Source: Microgenomates group bacterium ADurb.Bin219 (GTDB lineage Bacteria; Patescibacteriota; Microgenomatia; UM-FILTER-40-11). Taken from it: a stretch of DNA of 64,000 nucleotides. Under the pieces are notes generated by a model. The model was not told where the DNA came from. It did not search any database and worked only from the letters and a program-made list of their open reading frames with translations. The position numbers were made by a program, and so were the translations under genes. The stretch covers positions 3,040 through 67,039 of the forward strand of contig MWCH01000003.1 in the NCBI GenBank assembly GCA_002069945.1. The letters are read 5' to 3'. Within the stretch, counting starts at the first letter, position 1. Each line of letters opens with the position of its first letter. Of this stretch, positions 10,253 to 20,332 are shown piece by piece.

Positions 10253-10761
10253 GGTTTAGTATTGGCGCTGGAAACGCCGAAATTATAGCCGTCAACTCCG
10301 GCGCAGGTACGGCTGTCACAAACGCCGTCCTGATTATCGTCCAGACAATTAATATCCTGGACATTTTCCAGTTTAGCATAAAGTTGAAAGGAACGACCAA
10401 AAGAATCAACCGCGTAACAATAGTTCTGGTTCACCGCCGGATCGTCCGGCAGCTCCTTCATATAAACCGTTCCTTTTTCGTCTATAAATTCGCTTTGCCC
10501 GTCCCAGCTTAAAACTCCGTTGCTTAAAGTAATTTCGCCGTTGGTGGAAGACGGATAAACGCCATAATCGTTTAAATACATTTCCAGGGCCCTTTGGATA
10601 TTGGCCAAATCGGATTTTCGCCGGGAATCGCGGCTTTTGGCCTGAGAGGAGCGAAAAGTTCCCAAACCGATGGTGGAAAGAATCCCCAAGATGGCAATCA
10701 CCACCAAAAGCTCAACCAAAGTAAAACCCTGGGTTTTTTTAATTTTTTTTATTATTTTCAT
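10249..10761 (-). CDS. GspG-like type IV pilin (paralog 3)
   Basis: QGFTLVELLVVIAILG followed by RDSRRKSDLANIQRALEMY. C-terminal Cys pairs. Confidence 0.8.
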   Translation of the reverse strand: MKIIKKIKKTQGFTLVELLVVIAILGILSTIGLGTFRSSQAKSRDSRRKSDLANIQRALEMYLNDYGVYPSSTNGEITLSNGVLSWDGQSEFIDEKGTVYMKELPDDPAVNQNYCYAVDSFGRSFQLYAKLENVQDINCLDDNQDGVCDSRTCAGVDGYNFGVSSANTKP

Positions 10762-10834
10762 TTTTTAATCTAGTTATATTTAATCTATTCAACCACATAT
10801 TCATTATACATACACTTAATTATCTTTGTTTAAA

Positions 10835-11581
10835 TTAAGGCTCCCGACATTTAAAAGCATCGTTACTGCAATCGATCCCCAGACAATTGATATCCTCGTA
10901 ATTCGGGGCACAAATCGGTCCGGGTATCGGCTGGCAGACAAAATTAACACAACCATAATACTGACCTGATGGAGGAGTAGTTGGCACTATGGTCGGCGAA
11001 GGAGGAACAATCGTCGCCGTCGGAGCGAAAGTCGGGACTGAAGTCGGGGAAGGCAAAGCCGGAGCGGTCGTTCCGGTTGGCAATGAGCCGGCATAGGGTT
11101 CAAGGGCCACGTTACTGCTGGAAACGCCGTAATTAAAAGCGGCCACCCCGGCCGGACCGCAGCCTTCAGAACAACCGATTTTCTCTATTTCCGGATCGTT
11201 CAAATTATTTAAATTAACATAAATCTGGTAAGAACGGGGGCAATTGCCCGGGCCGGGAACATAATAATAATCTTTTCCGTCCGGATCGCAGGGAAGGGGA
11301 TTCAAATAATAGGGAACCTGGCCGGGTAAAAAAGGCGAGCCGCAATCGGGAAGGGAAGTCGGATAGCAATCATGGTCCGAATAATAATCTTCAAGGGCAA
11401 TTTGAATTTTTTTCAAGTCCGCTTTCCGGCGCGAATCCTTACCTTTACCAATCAAGGCTTGAGGATTGAGATTGGTTAAAAGCCAAATTATCAGCAGGCC
11501 AGCAATCGTCAAGACAATCAAAAGTTCGGATAAAGAAAATCCCTTGTTCCTTTTATTTAAAAATATTTTTTTAATAGCCAT
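10835..11581 (-). CDS. GspG-like type IV pilin with Pro/Thr-rich linker and Cys-rich C-terminal domain (paralog 2)
   Basis: KGFSLSELLIVLTIAG followed by DSRRKADLKKIQIALEDY. It has a PALPSPTSVPTFAPTATIVPPSPTIVPTTPP linker and 9+ Cys at the C-terminus. Start at ATG 11579-11581. Confidence 0.75.
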   Translation of the reverse strand: MAIKKIFLNKRNKGFSLSELLIVLTIAGLLIIWLLTNLNPQALIGKGKDSRRKADLKKIQIALEDYYSDHDCYPTSLPDCGSPFLPGQVPYYLNPLPCDPDGKDYYYVPGPGNCPRSYQIYVNLNNLNDPEIEKIGCSEGCGPAGVAAFNYGVSSSNVALEPYAGSLPTGTTAPALPSPTSVPTFAPTATIVPPSPTIVPTTPPSGQYYGCVNFVCQPIPGPICAPNYEDINCLGIDCSNDAFKCREP

Positions 11582-12339
11582 AAGATTTTCTCTCCCCAAA
11601 ACAAAACCGCCAAGCAAGTCATCGCCAAAAACGGACCGAAAGCAATTCTTTGTTTTCTGATTGCCCGGCCGGTTAATATCAGTATGACGGCCGCTATTGC
11701 GCCTGTCAAGAAAGCCAGATAAAGACTGACCACGGCCAGCGGGTAACCTAAAATAAGCCCGATTAAAAAGACAAATTTAACATCACCTAACCCCATACCT
11801 TTCTCTCGGGTAAGCCAATGAAGAAAATAAAAAAAAGCAGAAGCCAAGACTGCCGTTGGCAAGTAGTTGGTAATTAGTGACTGTGGGGTGGTTATTAGTG
11901 AAAAAAAAGAAATTACCAGAATAAGGGGGAAAACTATCTGGTCGGGGATTATCTGCCATTCCAAATCAATAAAAAAAACCGCCACCATTGCCAGTGTTAT
12001 CAACCAAACCCTCAAAATCCCTAAAACTGCTAACCCCCCTAATCCACCCGTCATCTCCGCTCCTAAAACAAAAAAAACTCCTGTTAACAATTCTACCAAG
12101 GGATAACGAAAGGAAATCTTTTTCCGGCAATTACGGCAACGTCCCTTTAGAACAATAAAAGAGAGCAGGGGAATATTATCATACCAGGAAATCTTTTTCC
12201 TGCATTTCGGGCAATAAGATCTACCCCTTATAAACGGCAAGTTTCTTGGCATGCGATAAATTATCACATTCAAGAAACTGCCAAATATCGTCCCTCCTAT
12301 TAAAAACAAAGCTCTTGACAAAAGATTCAAACAACTCAC
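11557..12339 (-). CDS. pilD: Prepilin peptidase (A24 family) PilD
   Basis: FGSFLNVIIYRMP followed by a zinc-binding CPKC...CRNC pair. Probable GTG start at 12337-12339, just after the stop of the upstream pilin. Confidence 0.85.
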   Translation of the reverse strand: MSCLNLLSRALFLIGGTIFGSFLNVIIYRMPRNLPFIRGRSYCPKCRKKISWYDNIPLLSFIVLKGRCRNCRKKISFRYPLVELLTGVFFVLGAEMTGGLGGLAVLGILRVWLITLAMVAVFFIDLEWQIIPDQIVFPLILVISFFSLITTPQSLITNYLPTAVLASAFFYFLHWLTREKGMGLGDVKFVFLIGLILGYPLAVVSLYLAFLTGAIAAVILILTGRAIRKQRIAFGPFLAMTCLAVLFWGEKILWLLKKYF

Positions 12340-12340
12340 T

Positions 12341-12925
12341 TTAAGGCAAACAGGAACAATTAACCCCTTTTCCAAGCGAATCAACAGGACACTCTCCGCA
12401 AGCTTTGGCAGGTAAAGTATTAGTAGTATCCTCACATCTCTTGGCCGCCTCTGTAGTAAAAGATCCGGACTGGGGATTAAAACAAACGTAAACGCTATCC
12501 CCAGGCATTCCGCCATACTCTATATAAAGTGCATTTGTCTTAGGATTAATTATCCGCTCGATGAAAGAGGATTTCAATTCATCAGAACCCGGACAATTAG
12601 TATCTTCTGTATCTTTACCTAAATTTTTAAGCATTGAGCAAGTCCCTCCTTTAGGATCTGTCTCGGTAATCGGAGTAAAAGGAACAGCAGCTGAATCCCC
12701 AGGACCATCTTGCCAAGGCCACATATTATGTGAGGCATTATAGCGGTCAATGGCGCTTAAAAGTTGTTCCGCGTCGGATCGGCTACCGGTATCACGGCCT
12801 CGGTTAATTTGTTCAATCGGGTTAATTGCCGAAAGAACGGCGACAGCCAAAACGCCCAAAACCGCGATAACAATCAAAAGCTCAATCATGGTAAAACCCT
12901 TAATTTTTATTTTTAAACTTTTCAT
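12341..12925 (-). CDS. GspG-like type IV pilin (paralog 1; the major-pilin candidate, next to pilD and pilC)
   Basis: KGFTMIELLIVIAVLG prepilin motif. It is the first pilin after pilC and has C-terminal Cys. Confidence 0.8.
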   Translation of the reverse strand: MKSLKIKIKGFTMIELLIVIAVLGVLAVAVLSAINPIEQINRGRDTGSRSDAEQLLSAIDRYNASHNMWPWQDGPGDSAAVPFTPITETDPKGGTCSMLKNLGKDTEDTNCPGSDELKSSFIERIINPKTNALYIEYGGMPGDSVYVCFNPQSGSFTTEAAKRCEDTTNTLPAKACGECPVDSLGKGVNCSCLP

Positions 12926-12959
12926 TTTTAATTTTTATTTGTCACCCCCTTTCGTTCTT

Positions 12960-13031
12960 AGAGTAAAAGAGTAAAAGAGAACGGAGAAAATTTGATTTTC
13001 TCTTGCTCTAATCTCTACTCTCTCTTGCTCT
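12960..13031. repeat. Intergenic element with two copies each of AGAGTAAAAG and TCTCTTGCTCT, between pilC and the first pilin
   Basis: Direct reading. Related copies lie at 24137-24251, 41731-41759, 62186-62212, and inverted at about 55385-55415. Confidence 0.6.
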
Positions 13032-13034
13032 TTC

Positions 13035-14240
13035 TTAAAACTGACTGGTTAAACTGTAAATCGGTAAAATAATTGCGATAATCAAAAAACCGACTCCCAC
13101 ACCCAATACAATCATTATTAAAGGTTCAATCGCGGTTGTCAAGCCCTTAAGGGTTTGGTCGGATTCCACTTCAAAAAAATGGGATATTTTCGCCAAGACT
13201 TCATCAACCTTGCCCGTTTCCTCGCCGACGGAAAGCAACTGGGAAACAATCGGCGGAAAATATGGATTTTCCATTAAGGCCCGGGAAAGGGGAAAGCCTT
13301 TTTCAACCTGTTTGGCGGCTTTCTTAATGCCCTCAGTATAGACAACGTTATCCGAAGCTTCCGCCACAATATTCAGTCCGTCCAATATCTGGACGCCGGA
13401 AGCAACCAAAAGACCCAAGGTCCGGCAAATATCCGCTAAAGCAACCTTTTGTTGTAAGCTGCCGACCAAGGGAATTTTTAATTTGAACTCGTCAATTTTC
13501 CTTCGGCCGGCCGTCGTCTTTTGAAAAAGTCTGAAAAAATATAACCCGACAAAAAACAAGATTACCATCAGCGGCAAATTTTTGACAAAAAAGGCCGAAA
13601 TATCCATCAGCGCCTGGGTAGCTGCCGGCATTTTTGCTCCGAACTCGGTATAAAGAGAGGTCATCTTCGGCACAACCGCCACCATCATGATAATGGCAAC
13701 CCCGATCATTCCCGTAATAATAATTGTCGGATAAATCATCGCCCCTTTTACCTTCGCCTGAAACTCCCTTTGTTTTTCCAGATTGTCCGCCAATTTCTTT
13801 AAAACATCATCCAAAACACCGGCCGATTCACCCGATCGGATCAGCGCAACATAAACTTTGGAAAAGGCTTCCGGGTGGTAGCTTAAGGATTCGGCAAAAG
13901 AGGTCCCGCCCTGAACACTGGTCAAAACATCGCTGACTATCGGCGCCAGTTTCGGCGGAGCCTGTTGTTCCAAAATCGCCAAAGCCCCGGTCAAAGGCAA
14001 CCCGGCGGTAATCATCGTGGAAATATTCCGGGTTAAATTAACCAGGTCGGGAAGAGAGATCTTGTTAAAAATACTGTCAAAGATATTGCCGAAAAAAGAT
14101 TCGCCGATAGGCTGAATTTTTATCGGAATAAAGTTCCGGCGCCGGAGACTTCTGGCGGCCATCTCCAATCCGGGAGAATCAATAAAACCCTTGGTGACTT
14201 GACCGTCCTTTTGCCTGGCAACATAACTGAATTTCGTCAT
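13035..14240 (-). CDS. pilC: Type IV pilus platform protein PilC (GspF family)
   Basis: About 400 aa with the duplicated GspF-domain architecture and three TM segments. Confidence 0.9.
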   Translation of the reverse strand: MTKFSYVARQKDGQVTKGFIDSPGLEMAARSLRRRNFIPIKIQPIGESFFGNIFDSIFNKISLPDLVNLTRNISTMITAGLPLTGALAILEQQAPPKLAPIVSDVLTSVQGGTSFAESLSYHPEAFSKVYVALIRSGESAGVLDDVLKKLADNLEKQREFQAKVKGAMIYPTIIITGMIGVAIIMMVAVVPKMTSLYTEFGAKMPAATQALMDISAFFVKNLPLMVILFFVGLYFFRLFQKTTAGRRKIDEFKLKIPLVGSLQQKVALADICRTLGLLVASGVQILDGLNIVAEASDNVVYTEGIKKAAKQVEKGFPLSRALMENPYFPPIVSQLLSVGEETGKVDEVLAKISHFFEVESDQTLKGLTTAIEPLIMIVLGVGVGFLIIAIILPIYSLTSQF

Positions 14241-14249
14241 GATTAAAGC

Positions 14250-15308
14250 CTACTTGGTCTTCACCAACCGATAAAGCTCCTCCGGCCGAAGAGCATAAGA
14301 CTGAGCGACCTCCAAAGAAATTTTTCCTTCATTAACTAGTTTTCCCAAGGCCGACTCAAAACTGATCATCCCCATAGAAGCCGATGTCTGGATGATGTTG
14401 TCAATCATGTGCGTTTTGCCTTCACGAATGGAGGTTCTGACTGCCGAAGTCCCGATCATTATTTCCGCCGCTGCCACCCGGCCGCCTTTTAAAGAAGGAA
14501 TCAGCCGTTGGGACAAAACCGCTTCCAAAACCCCGGAAAGCTGCAACCTGACCTGTAACTTGGAATCTTCCGGAAAAACATCAATAATCCGGTCAATGGT
14601 TAAAGCGGCCGAATTGGTATGCAAGGTCGCAAAAACCAAATGGCCGGTTTCCGCGACGGTCAAGGCGGCGGTAATTGTCTCCAAGTCACGCATCTCCCCG
14701 ATAAAAACCACATCCGGGTCTTCTCTTAAAACCGAGCGAAGGGCGATTTCCCAGGAATGAGTGTCCTGATGCAACTCCCTCTGGGAAACGATTGATTTAC
14801 CTTGAGGAAAAATAAATTCAACCGGATCTTCTATGGTAACGATATGGCATTTGCGGGTTTGGTTAATCTCGTTAATGATGGCCGCCAAAGTCGTTGATTT
14901 GCCGTGGCCGGTTGGGCCGGTAACAATAATAAATCCCTGTTTTAATTGAGCGAATTTATGGCAAATTGACGGAAGACCCAATTCGTCAATACTTTTGATA
15001 ACCATCGGGATCAACCGCAAAGATGAAGCGAAAGTTCCTTTTTGAACATAAGTATTAACCCGAAAACGGGCCTTTTCCGAATAGGCCAAAGAAAAATCAA
15101 TTTCCTTGTTAGCCAAAAACAATTCTTTTTGCTCTTCGGTTAAAAAGGAAAAAATCATTTCCTTAACTCCCGTTTCGGTAAAAACCGGAAAGTCCGGCAG
15201 GGGATGAAGCTCGCCGTCAATCCGCAATACCGGCGGCAAACCAACCGTTAGGTGAATGTCTGAAGCATTCTTTTGACAGGCAATTTCCATTAATTCTTCT
15301 ATTTTCAT
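14250..15308 (-). CDS. pilT: Type IV pilus retraction ATPase PilT
   Basis: About 352 aa. Walker A GPTGHGKSTT and the PilT-type motif AAxxIMIGTSAVR. Confidence 0.9.
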   Translation of the reverse strand: MKIEELMEIACQKNASDIHLTVGLPPVLRIDGELHPLPDFPVFTETGVKEMIFSFLTEEQKELFLANKEIDFSLAYSEKARFRVNTYVQKGTFASSLRLIPMVIKSIDELGLPSICHKFAQLKQGFIIVTGPTGHGKSTTLAAIINEINQTRKCHIVTIEDPVEFIFPQGKSIVSQRELHQDTHSWEIALRSVLREDPDVVFIGEMRDLETITAALTVAETGHLVFATLHTNSAALTIDRIIDVFPEDSKLQVRLQLSGVLEAVLSQRLIPSLKGGRVAAAEIMIGTSAVRTSIREGKTHMIDNIIQTSASMGMISFESALGKLVNEGKISLEVAQSYALRPEELYRLVKTK

Positions 15309-15317
15309 TTTTTTAAT

Positions 15318-17015
15318 TTAATCCTGGGCAACCCGCAGGACTTCCTCTAAAGTAGTAACTTGTTCCAAGACTTTTAAATAACCGTCCTGCTTCATGGTCA
15401 CCATTCCTTCTTCGCAGGCCTGTTTTTCAATATCAATTGCCGGCGCCCTTTCCAAAATAAGGCGGCTGATTTTCTCCGATACCGGCAAAACTTCAAAAAT
15501 TCCGATCCGGCCAAGATAACCGGTGCCGTTGCAGGTTTCACAGCCTTTTCCTTTAGCCAAAACCGGCTTTTTTCCTTCGGGATAAAGTTTTCCCAAAACA
15601 TTTTTAAAATCGGCTTCAACTTCGGCGGAAGGGGGAACTTCCTCTTTGCATTCCTGACAAATCCTTCGGCAAATCCTTTGCGCCATAATGCAGGTTACCG
15701 AAGAGGCGAGTAAAAAAGGTTCCGCGTTCATATCTAAAAGCCTAGGCAAAGCTTGGGCGGAACTTTTGGTATGAAGGGTTGAAAAAACCAAGTGGCCGGT
15801 TAAAGAAGCCTGAATCGCCAAATCCGTTGTTTCCCGGTCGCGGATTTCTCCGACCATAACCACATTCGGATCCTGTCTCAAAAAGGCTCTTAAACCGGCG
15901 GCAAAAGTCAGACCGGCCTGGGGATTGATTTGAACTTGGTTGACGCCGGCAATTTTATATTCCACCGGGTCTTCAATTGTCACGATATTAACCTTAACCA
16001 AATTAATTTTGGAAAGAACCGAATAAAGAGTTGTGGTCTTGCCGCTGCCGGTCGGGCCGCAAACCAAAATAATGCCGTGGGGACGCAAAATCGCATCATC
16101 CAGATTGCGCAACGCCTGGCCTCTCAAACCCAATTCCGGTAAGGTTGGAATTTTGCCCGATTTTTTCAAAAGCCGCATGACCACTTTTTCGCCGTGAACC
16201 GTCGGCAAAGTTGAAACCCGTAAATCTACCTCCATGTCGTCCGCCCGAAAGTTAAATCGGCCATCCTGGGGAATCCTTTTTTCGTCAATTTTCAAATCGG
16301 AAAGAATTTTTATCCGGGAAATCAAGGCTTCGTGCACATTTTTCGGCAAAATCAATTTTTCGTGAAGAATCCCGTCAATCCGATAACGAACCCGGGTTTT
16401 ATCCTCTTCCGGCTCAATATGAATATCCGAGGCCCGCGAACGCATGGCAAATTCCAAAATTGTGGAAACAATTTTCGCAATCGGTGCTTCTCTAATAACC
16501 TCGCCCAGCCTTTTAATATCAATTGTTTTGTTTTCCAGAGTGGTTTCCTTTAGAGCTTCGGTGACTTCGGCGGAAAGATTTTGGGAATATCTTTCGGAAA
16601 TGGATTTTTCAATCGCGCTTTTGGGAGCAATAAAAACTTTTATTTTACAACCGGATTTTCTTTCTGCAAATTCAATGGTTTCCAAATCCAAAGGATTGGC
16701 CATCGCCAAAGAAAGAACATTTTCTTTTTCCTCGTAAGCAAAAGGGATAATAGTAAATCTTTCCGCTACTTGTCGGGGAATAAACTTTAAAGCTTCAGGC
16801 GCAACTCCTTTTTCAAACAAGCTAATATAGGGAATGTTGTATAATTCTCCTTTTGCCTGAACCAAGTCGTCGTCGGTCGCGTAAGAGTTCTCTTCGATGA
16901 TTTTCTCCGGAGCTTTTCCGGAGCTAAGGCTCTCCAGGCGGATTTTTTCAAAATTTTCCTTGGAAAGCTTTCCTTTGTCCAGTAAAATTTGGGCAAGATT
17001 TTTATTGTCGGGCAT
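15318..17015 (-). CDS. pilB: Type IV pilus assembly ATPase PilB (GspE family)
   Basis: GPTGSGKTTTLYS Walker A plus a tetracysteine motif (CQEC...CETCNGTGY). Start at ATG 17013-17015. Confidence 0.9.
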   Translation of the reverse strand: MPDNKNLAQILLDKGKLSKENFEKIRLESLSSGKAPEKIIEENSYATDDDLVQAKGELYNIPYISLFEKGVAPEALKFIPRQVAERFTIIPFAYEEKENVLSLAMANPLDLETIEFAERKSGCKIKVFIAPKSAIEKSISERYSQNLSAEVTEALKETTLENKTIDIKRLGEVIREAPIAKIVSTILEFAMRSRASDIHIEPEEDKTRVRYRIDGILHEKLILPKNVHEALISRIKILSDLKIDEKRIPQDGRFNFRADDMEVDLRVSTLPTVHGEKVVMRLLKKSGKIPTLPELGLRGQALRNLDDAILRPHGIILVCGPTGSGKTTTLYSVLSKINLVKVNIVTIEDPVEYKIAGVNQVQINPQAGLTFAAGLRAFLRQDPNVVMVGEIRDRETTDLAIQASLTGHLVFSTLHTKSSAQALPRLLDMNAEPFLLASSVTCIMAQRICRRICQECKEEVPPSAEVEADFKNVLGKLYPEGKKPVLAKGKGCETCNGTGYLGRIGIFEVLPVSEKISRLILERAPAIDIEKQACEEGMVTMKQDGYLKVLEQVTTLEEVLRVAQD

Positions 17016-17053
17016 TAAAATTATTATCAACCAGGTTGTGCTAAAATGTCAAT

Positions 17054-17776
17054 ATGGCCAACAGTTACCTGGTTATCGGCGGCAACCTGGATCTTCGCTA
17101 CCAAGCCGCCTTAAAAACCATCCGCAAAGAAATCAACGACAAAGAATGGGCTGCGGAAAACAATCCGGATTTTTTTTTGTTGGATTTGGCGACAACCATC
17201 GGTATTGACGAAATTCGCAATCTCCAAAACCGGCTCGGCTTAAAACCCTTTGGCTGCAGCCGTCAGGTAAGCTTGATTTTACGAGCGGAAAATCTTTCCG
17301 TTGAAGCCCAAAACAGCCTTTTAAAAACAATTGAGGAGCCGCCCGGCAAGGCCTTGATTGTTTTAACCTGTCCGGAAGCCTCTTTGCTTTTGCCCACCAT
17401 TGCTTCGCGCTGTCAAATTGTCCGTTTGCCGGTTCTGCCCCAAATCAATTTGGATAAAGAAGAAGAATCCATTTATCAAAAAATGATAAAGAGAATTCTT
17501 TCCTCTCCGGTAGGGGAGAGGTGGCAAATTTTGGAAGAAGCGGAAATCGCCAACGACCGGCTTAAGGCCATTGAATGGCTTGATAAATTGACTTTTGTCG
17601 CCAGAAAATTATTAATAGAAGAGGTTGAAAAAGAAAAAAAACCGACCTCCTCCGAGTCATTATATTTTGCACTATTATCATCTCTTTCCAAAACCAAATT
17701 TTACCTTGAAGCGAATACCAACGTCCGTCTGACTTTGGAAAATTTTCTCCTTGATTTACCTCTTTTATCTTGTTAA
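17054..17776 (+). CDS. holB: DNA polymerase III delta' subunit-like (HolB)
   Basis: AAA+-like clamp-loader fold with LKTIEEPP and a SRCQ motif, about 240 aa. Confidence 0.7.
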   Translation: MANSYLVIGGNLDLRYQAALKTIRKEINDKEWAAENNPDFFLLDLATTIGIDEIRNLQNRLGLKPFGCSRQVSLILRAENLSVEAQNSLLKTIEEPPGKALIVLTCPEASLLLPTIASRCQIVRLPVLPQINLDKEEESIYQKMIKRILSSPVGERWQILEEAEIANDRLKAIEWLDKLTFVARKLLIEEVEKEKKPTSSESLYFALLSSLSKTKFYLEANTNVRLTLENFLLDLPLLSC

Positions 17777-17796
17777 AATTTTATGATGGAGGGTAA

Positions 17797-19803
<2,007 letters not shown>

Positions 19804-19807
19804 AAAA

Positions 19808-20311
19808 ATGAATAAAAACAATAATATTGTTGATGTCCTGATTGAAATTTCCGTCGGCGGCAGCGTTAAGTACGAATACGACGAAAAAAATAAACGCCTT
19901 AGGGTTGACCGGTTTCTGTTTACCTCAATGTATTATCCTTTTAATTACGGTTTTATCCTGGACACGGCTAGCGAGGACAACGATCCTTTAGACGTCCTGG
20001 TCTTGACCTTAAAGGAAATTCAGCCGGGAACGGTTTTGCCGACCAGAATTATCGGCATGCTGGAAACAGAAGACGAACACGGAAAAGATATCAAGATGAT
20101 GGGCGTTCCCGCCGATTCGGTTGATCCCGAATCCCATAAAGTTCAGGATGCCTTAAAATTGCTAACGCCGACCAGAGAAAGAATCAGTCATTTTTTTGAA
20201 TATTACAAAAGTCTGGAAAAAGGCAAATGGGTCAAGGTCGGAAAATGGAGCGGGAAAGAAGAAGCGTTAAAATATCTGGAAAGGTGCCGACAGGGAAAAA
20301 ACAATAATTAA
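19808..20311 (+). CDS. ppa: Inorganic pyrophosphatase (family I)
   Basis: IEISVGGSVKYEYD and DNDPLDVLVL motifs. Start at ATG 19808, just after the gyrB stop. Confidence 0.85.
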   Translation: MNKNNNIVDVLIEISVGGSVKYEYDEKNKRLRVDRFLFTSMYYPFNYGFILDTASEDNDPLDVLVLTLKEIQPGTVLPTRIIGMLETEDEHGKDIKMMGVPADSVDPESHKVQDALKLLTPTRERISHFFEYYKSLEKGKWVKVGKWSGKEEALKYLERCRQGKNNN

Positions 20312-20332
20312 CCAAATAATTATTTAGCCAAA

